Shown here: in pieces, positions 24,987-28,432 of the stretch
Numbering within the stretch: position 1 is the first letter of the stretch
Layout: the number at the start of each line of letters is the position of its first letter
DNA from: a virus
Taxonomy: Duplodnaviria > Caudoviricetes
DNA: 28,432 nucleotides
Strand: one strand, 5' to 3'
IMG/VR virus record: IMGVR_UViG_3300032190_000018
Span: 1 to 28,432 of that record
The notes under the pieces: generated by a model
Seen by the model: only the letters and a program-made list of their open reading frames with translations
Databases searched by the model: none
What the model was told of the DNA's origin: nothing
Made by a program: the position numbers and the translations under genes

Positions 24987-26084
24987 ATGCCTATTAGCAT
25001 TCCTGAGTCTGAAAGAAAAGGATTGTCGTCTGACATTGTAGTGCCTCACGGAGCGAGTATCCCTACTTACGGAAGCGCTATGGCAGTTGCCGAAGTTGAT
25101 GGGATTATATATTTTATTGGAGGATATAACAGGGATGTCCAATACTCACAATTAAATGAAGCCTATGACCCGGTAACGGATACTTGGACAACTAAGGCGC
25201 CGATGCCTACGGGCAGAGAATTCTGCAAAGCTGGGGTGATAAATAGTAAGATATATGTTTATGGTGGTTATAACGGTGCTTATTTAGGTACTCTTGAAGA
25301 ATACGATCCAGCAACAAATTCTTGGACATCTAAAACAGGGGCCACCGCAAGGTATCAATTTGCGCTATGTGTGTTAAATGGCGTTCTTCACGCATTTGCA
25401 GGACATGATGGTTCGGCTGCCATCACGACACACGAAATTTACGACCCAGTTACAGATACCTGGACATCAAAAGCTCCATATCCGCAAGCATTTTATGACT
25501 TAAGTGGAGCAGCAACAGATACAAAAGTATATGGATTTGGTGGTATAGCTGCTAACGGCTATGGAAGTGCTCTTTGTTATGAGTATGACCCGTCGAGCGA
25601 TACTTGGGCTCAAAAAGCGGACATGTTAAAACAGGCTTATGGAGCAGAAGCAGTTGAATTGAATGGTTTAATATACGTTTTAGGCGGACATTATGGATCA
25701 GGTACTGCATATGATGATGTTCAAATATATGACCCGGCGACGGATACATGGGAATATGGAGTGGAAATGCCAACTGCGAAGTTCGATTTTCATGCAGTAG
25801 TTTCCGGACAGAAAATATACTGTTTACAAAAAGGTATTCCATATAGTCTAGAAATATTTGACCCTGAAAAAGTAAATACTGTTGAGCTTATAAGAAGCGA
25901 TAGTAATGTGATAGTTAGCATTACGAAAACACCTATACCGTTAGAAATATACGATATTGACGGCTTGGTGGGTACTTATGATGTAGGTACTTATGGCCCT
26001 TTCGTGGGGCCGGTTACTGTTAAAGTCCCTAAAGAGAGGGCATGGTCTAGAGCGAGTACCAAGGCCGCAGTTGTTTTATATTAA
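24987..26084 (+). CDS. Kelch-repeat beta-propeller protein, candidate receptor-binding tail protein
   Basis: About six repeats of IY(F/V)xGG...YDPxTDTW (e.g. IYFIGG/YDPVTDTW, IYVYGG/YDPATNSW, IYVLGG/YDPATDTW). Confidence 0.88.
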   Translation: MPISIPESERKGLSSDIVVPHGASIPTYGSAMAVAEVDGIIYFIGGYNRDVQYSQLNEAYDPVTDTWTTKAPMPTGREFCKAGVINSKIYVYGGYNGAYLGTLEEYDPATNSWTSKTGATARYQFALCVLNGVLHAFAGHDGSAAITTHEIYDPVTDTWTSKAPYPQAFYDLSGAATDTKVYGFGGIAANGYGSALCYEYDPSSDTWAQKADMLKQAYGAEAVELNGLIYVLGGHYGSGTAYDDVQIYDPATDTWEYGVEMPTAKFDFHAVVSGQKIYCLQKGIPYSLEIFDPEKVNTVELIRSDSNVIVSITKTPIPLEIYDIDGLVGTYDVGTYGPFVGPVTVKVPKERAWSRASTKAAVVLY

Positions 26085-26102
26085 GGTGAGGGGGATGATA
26101 AA

Positions 26103-26534
26103 ATGGCTAATGTTACTGCCGATATGATTGTTAACGCAGCGAGAGAAAAGGGAATAGCTATCTCTGAGGAAACAAAAACTAGTATTCAGCTTGAGTTGGG
26201 AAAAATAGACCAAAATATAATTCAGTTAGAGGAAGAAAATAAGTTAACTTATGAAATATGGGATAAAGTCTCACCTGTTAACGGTGTACCAGCAGAAAAG
26301 TTGCTTAGTAGAAGCGATGTTGACGTCAATAGTGAGATTTATTTAATTAAGGATGCAAATACAGGTAAAGTGCTTTATTTTCAACCGCATGCACCGGGAG
26401 AGATTGGCTTTGTAAGAATGAAGACAAAGGCAGAGGCAGAAAGCGCCGCGAAAAAGCATAGGTTTCTATTAGCGGAAGCAAGAGCAAATGCTCGGATTAT
26501 AAAAGAAGTTTTAAGTAAATTTAATATGCAGTAG
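26103..26534 (+). CDS. hypothetical tail-tip associated protein (possible fibre chaperone)
   Basis: GAGGGGG RBS; WDKVSPVNGVPAE; last gene of the AT-rich block. Confidence 0.65.
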   Translation: MANVTADMIVNAAREKGIAISEETKTSIQLELGKIDQNIIQLEEENKLTYEIWDKVSPVNGVPAEKLLSRSDVDVNSEIYLIKDANTGKVLYFQPHAPGEIGFVRMKTKAEAESAAKKHRFLLAEARANARIIKEVLSKFNMQ

Positions 26535-26555
26535 GACTTAACTGTGCAACAACGG

Positions 26556-26578
26556 CGCCCAAAGGAGGCGTTATTTTT
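26556..26578 (+). terminator. terminator-like hairpin before the lysis cassette
   Basis: CGCC-caaagga-GGCG followed by TTATTTTT. Confidence 0.5.
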
Positions 26579-26629
26579 ATGCCCGGGCTCCGGTGAGTGC
26601 CCGGGCTAATTACAGGGGGTGGCCTCATT

Positions 26630-26812
26630 TTGAATACAGATGAACGCCTGGCCATCCTGGAATCGGAGGTGGCCCATTTGAAAACGCGCGATCAGCAGCT
26701 AAACGGTAGCATCCAGAAGGTCGAAGCCATGGTGTGGAGAATGTGCCTCGGGCTTTTCGCGGTGATGGGCGGCGTAATAGCCACCTTTATTGCCGTGGTG
26801 TGGGAAAAATGA
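26630..26812 (+). CDS. XhlA-like/holin-like membrane protein
   Basis: AGGGGGTG RBS, TTG 26630; coiled coil (ERLAILESEVAHLK) followed by one C-terminal TM helix; first gene of the lysis cassette. Confidence 0.7.
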   Translation: MNTDERLAILESEVAHLKTRDQQLNGSIQKVEAMVWRMCLGLFAVMGGVIATFIAVVWEK

Positions 26813-27453
26813 CTACTATACTTGCCATCGCGCCGGTCATAGTCCTGCTGGTGTATTTCTATTGTCAAGATCGTTACGACAAAGAGCCTTTGTCCAAGCT
26901 TGCCGAGGCTTTTTTTGTTGGTATGATCGTGGTGTTACAGATTCAGTACCTACAGGACCTCTTACTCGACATCAGCACGCACATAGCATGGCAGGCTTTT
27001 ATTGTGGCGGGCCTGGTTGAAGAAGGCATTAAGCTTATGGCATTAAGATTCACCATTTACCGGGACAAACACTTTAACGAGCAGGTGGACGGCATTATCT
27101 ATGCCGTTTTTTTGGGCCTTGGTTTTGCCTTGGCCGAAACAATTGTCCTATCAGTTGACCATTCAACCAGCATTGTCCGGGCGGTTACCGCTGTCCCGGC
27201 ACATGCCATGTTCGCCTGCGTGATGGGCTATTACCTGGGTAAGTACAAATTCCACAGTAAAAGAAACCTGCTAGCTTACGCTTTATTTGTACCTGCGGTT
27301 TTACATGGGGTATATAACTATCTCTTGATGTGCGGCCATACCTGGGCGCTGATTTCGTTTGTACCGTATCTCATAGCCCTCTGGGTAATCGGTATCAGGG
27401 ATACGGATATTCACCTGAGAAACTCAAGGTTTAGGAGGAAATCCAATGTTTAA
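26809..27453 (+). CDS. prsW: PrsW-family intramembrane protease
   Basis: ATGA overlap start at 26809; DRYDKEP, AGLVEEGIK (EExxK), DGIIYAVFLGLGFALAE (FxxxE), VPAHAMF, LHGVYN (HxxxN); several TM segments. Confidence 0.9.
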   Translation: MTTILAIAPVIVLLVYFYCQDRYDKEPLSKLAEAFFVGMIVVLQIQYLQDLLLDISTHIAWQAFIVAGLVEEGIKLMALRFTIYRDKHFNEQVDGIIYAVFLGLGFALAETIVLSVDHSTSIVRAVTAVPAHAMFACVMGYYLGKYKFHSKRNLLAYALFVPAVLHGVYNYLLMCGHTWALISFVPYLIALWVIGIRDTDIHLRNSRFRRKSNV

Positions 27454-28201
27454 TTGGATTAGGGAACACAAAGTACCGGCTCTGTTTATTTCTCTACTTT
27501 TGATCGTGGCGCTGGTATATGGAGTGACCCGTGGCGTAGGGTATCTTTCTGCCCAGCGACAGGCGTTCATTGACGAAATCGCCCCGGGAGCAATAGACGG
27601 ATACAGGGAGTACGGAATACTGCCGTCCCTCACCATAGCGCAGGCTATTTTAGAAAGCAACTGGGGGAAATCACACATCGAGAATAACCTTTTCGGCATG
27701 AAGGCTGGGCAGGGCTGGAAAGGCAAGGTGGTCTATCGGAAAACAAAAGAATACACGGGAGGCAAGTGGATCACTGTTACCGCCGCGTTCCGGGCCTATG
27801 ATTCCTTTGCAGATTCAGTGAAAGACCACTCTCGCCTGCTTGCTTCGCTATCGCGGTATAGGGCAGTGCTGACCGCCGCTGATTACAAAGAAGCGGCGAT
27901 GCGGGTATGGCAGGGCGGGTATGCCACGGATCCGAACTACCCGGCCAAGCTGGTAAAAATCATAGAAGCCTACGGTCTGGATAAATACGACCAACAGGCC
28001 AAGGAAGCGCTTAAACCCAAATACAAATACTTCGCAGACGTACCTGACGGCGCTTGGTTTGCCGACGCCATTAACCGGCTGCATGAGCAGGGAATAGTGC
28101 TTGGAAGAAGCGATGGGTTATGCCATCCGCATGAGCCGATTACCCGGGCGGAGGCTATGGCGCTGATTGACAGGGTAATAAACCAAAAGGAGAGTGATTA
28201 A
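27446..28201 (+). CDS. endolysin: N-terminal TM/signal segment, GH73 glucosaminidase/muramidase, C-terminal SLH domain
   Basis: AQAILESNWG, NNLFGMKA, FRAYDS, GYATDPNY; FADVPDGAWF...GIVLG...PITRAEA (SLH); hydrophobic LFISLLLIVALVY at the N-terminus. Confidence 0.92.
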   Translation: MFNWIREHKVPALFISLLLIVALVYGVTRGVGYLSAQRQAFIDEIAPGAIDGYREYGILPSLTIAQAILESNWGKSHIENNLFGMKAGQGWKGKVVYRKTKEYTGGKWITVTAAFRAYDSFADSVKDHSRLLASLSRYRAVLTAADYKEAAMRVWQGGYATDPNYPAKLVKIIEAYGLDKYDQQAKEALKPKYKYFADVPDGAWFADAINRLHEQGIVLGRSDGLCHPHEPITRAEAMALIDRVINQKESD

Positions 28202-28204
28202 AAC

Positions 28205-28432
28205 ATGGAAAGTCAGGTTATCCAATTGGCCTACGATGCGCTGGCCATCCTTATCCCGGCACTTGTGGCTCTGGGTATAGAGTATCTGCGGAGGAAGTTG
28301 GGTACCGAGAAAATGAGGAAAATCCAGGAAGAATTGGCCGCCAAACAGGAGCTTGCCACCATGGCGGTGCGTTTTGTTGAACAGGTATACAAATATGTAC
28401 ATGGGCCAGATAAGTATGAGAAAGCGGCGGAA
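28205..28432 (+). CDS. holin, LL-H-like family (3' end outside window)
   Basis: AAGGAGAGTG RBS, ATG 28205; MESQVIQLAYDALAILIPALVALGIEYLRRKLG...AVRFVEQVY...GPDKYEKA; open to the window end. Confidence 0.8.
   Translation, partial: MESQVIQLAYDALAILIPALVALGIEYLRRKLGTEKMRKIQEELAAKQELATMAVRFVEQVYKYVHGPDKYEKAAE

Larger units (their letters stand above)
1..28432 (+). mobile_element. temperate myovirus-type phage/prophage late region
   Basis: Complete co-oriented packaging, head, neck, tail, baseplate and lysis gene order. Confidence 0.95.

Noticed and set aside
20274-26534. Invertible shufflon or diversity-generating retroelement acting on tail fibres
   Set aside because: All cassette genes are on the + strand and I found no inverted repeat pair or reversed spare 3' ends. 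There is no reverse transcriptase or TR/VR near-duplicate in the window.

Overview
This is the late region of a temperate, contractile-tailed (myovirus-type) phage or prophage of a spore-forming, S-layer-bearing Firmicute, inferred from sigmaA/sigmaH-like promoters and an SLH domain. On the + strand it runs: SNF2-like helicase end; small Cys-rich ORFs; an AT-rich accessory cassette array; HNH, cos-like region and terminases; an HK97 portal fused to a MuF-like domain, protease and capsid; neck, sheath, tube, chaperones and tape measure; baseplate; tail-tip genes; and the lysis cassette. Five things stand out. (1) A XerD-like tyrosine recombinase sits inside the baseplate operon, next to a direct-repeat-bounded AT-rich cassette that supplies the 3' half of a tail gene; it has an SOS-like box and a structured RNA leader. 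(2) A PrsW-family intramembrane protease is coupled between an XhlA-like gene and a membrane-anchored GH73-SLH endolysin. (3) Four copies of a terminator repeat delimit single-gene cassettes. (4) A reverse-strand lipoprotein moron is broken at an A9 tract. (5) The small terminase appears to start at ATA. All family calls come from motif recognition and gene order, not database searches, and GC contrasts were judged by eye.
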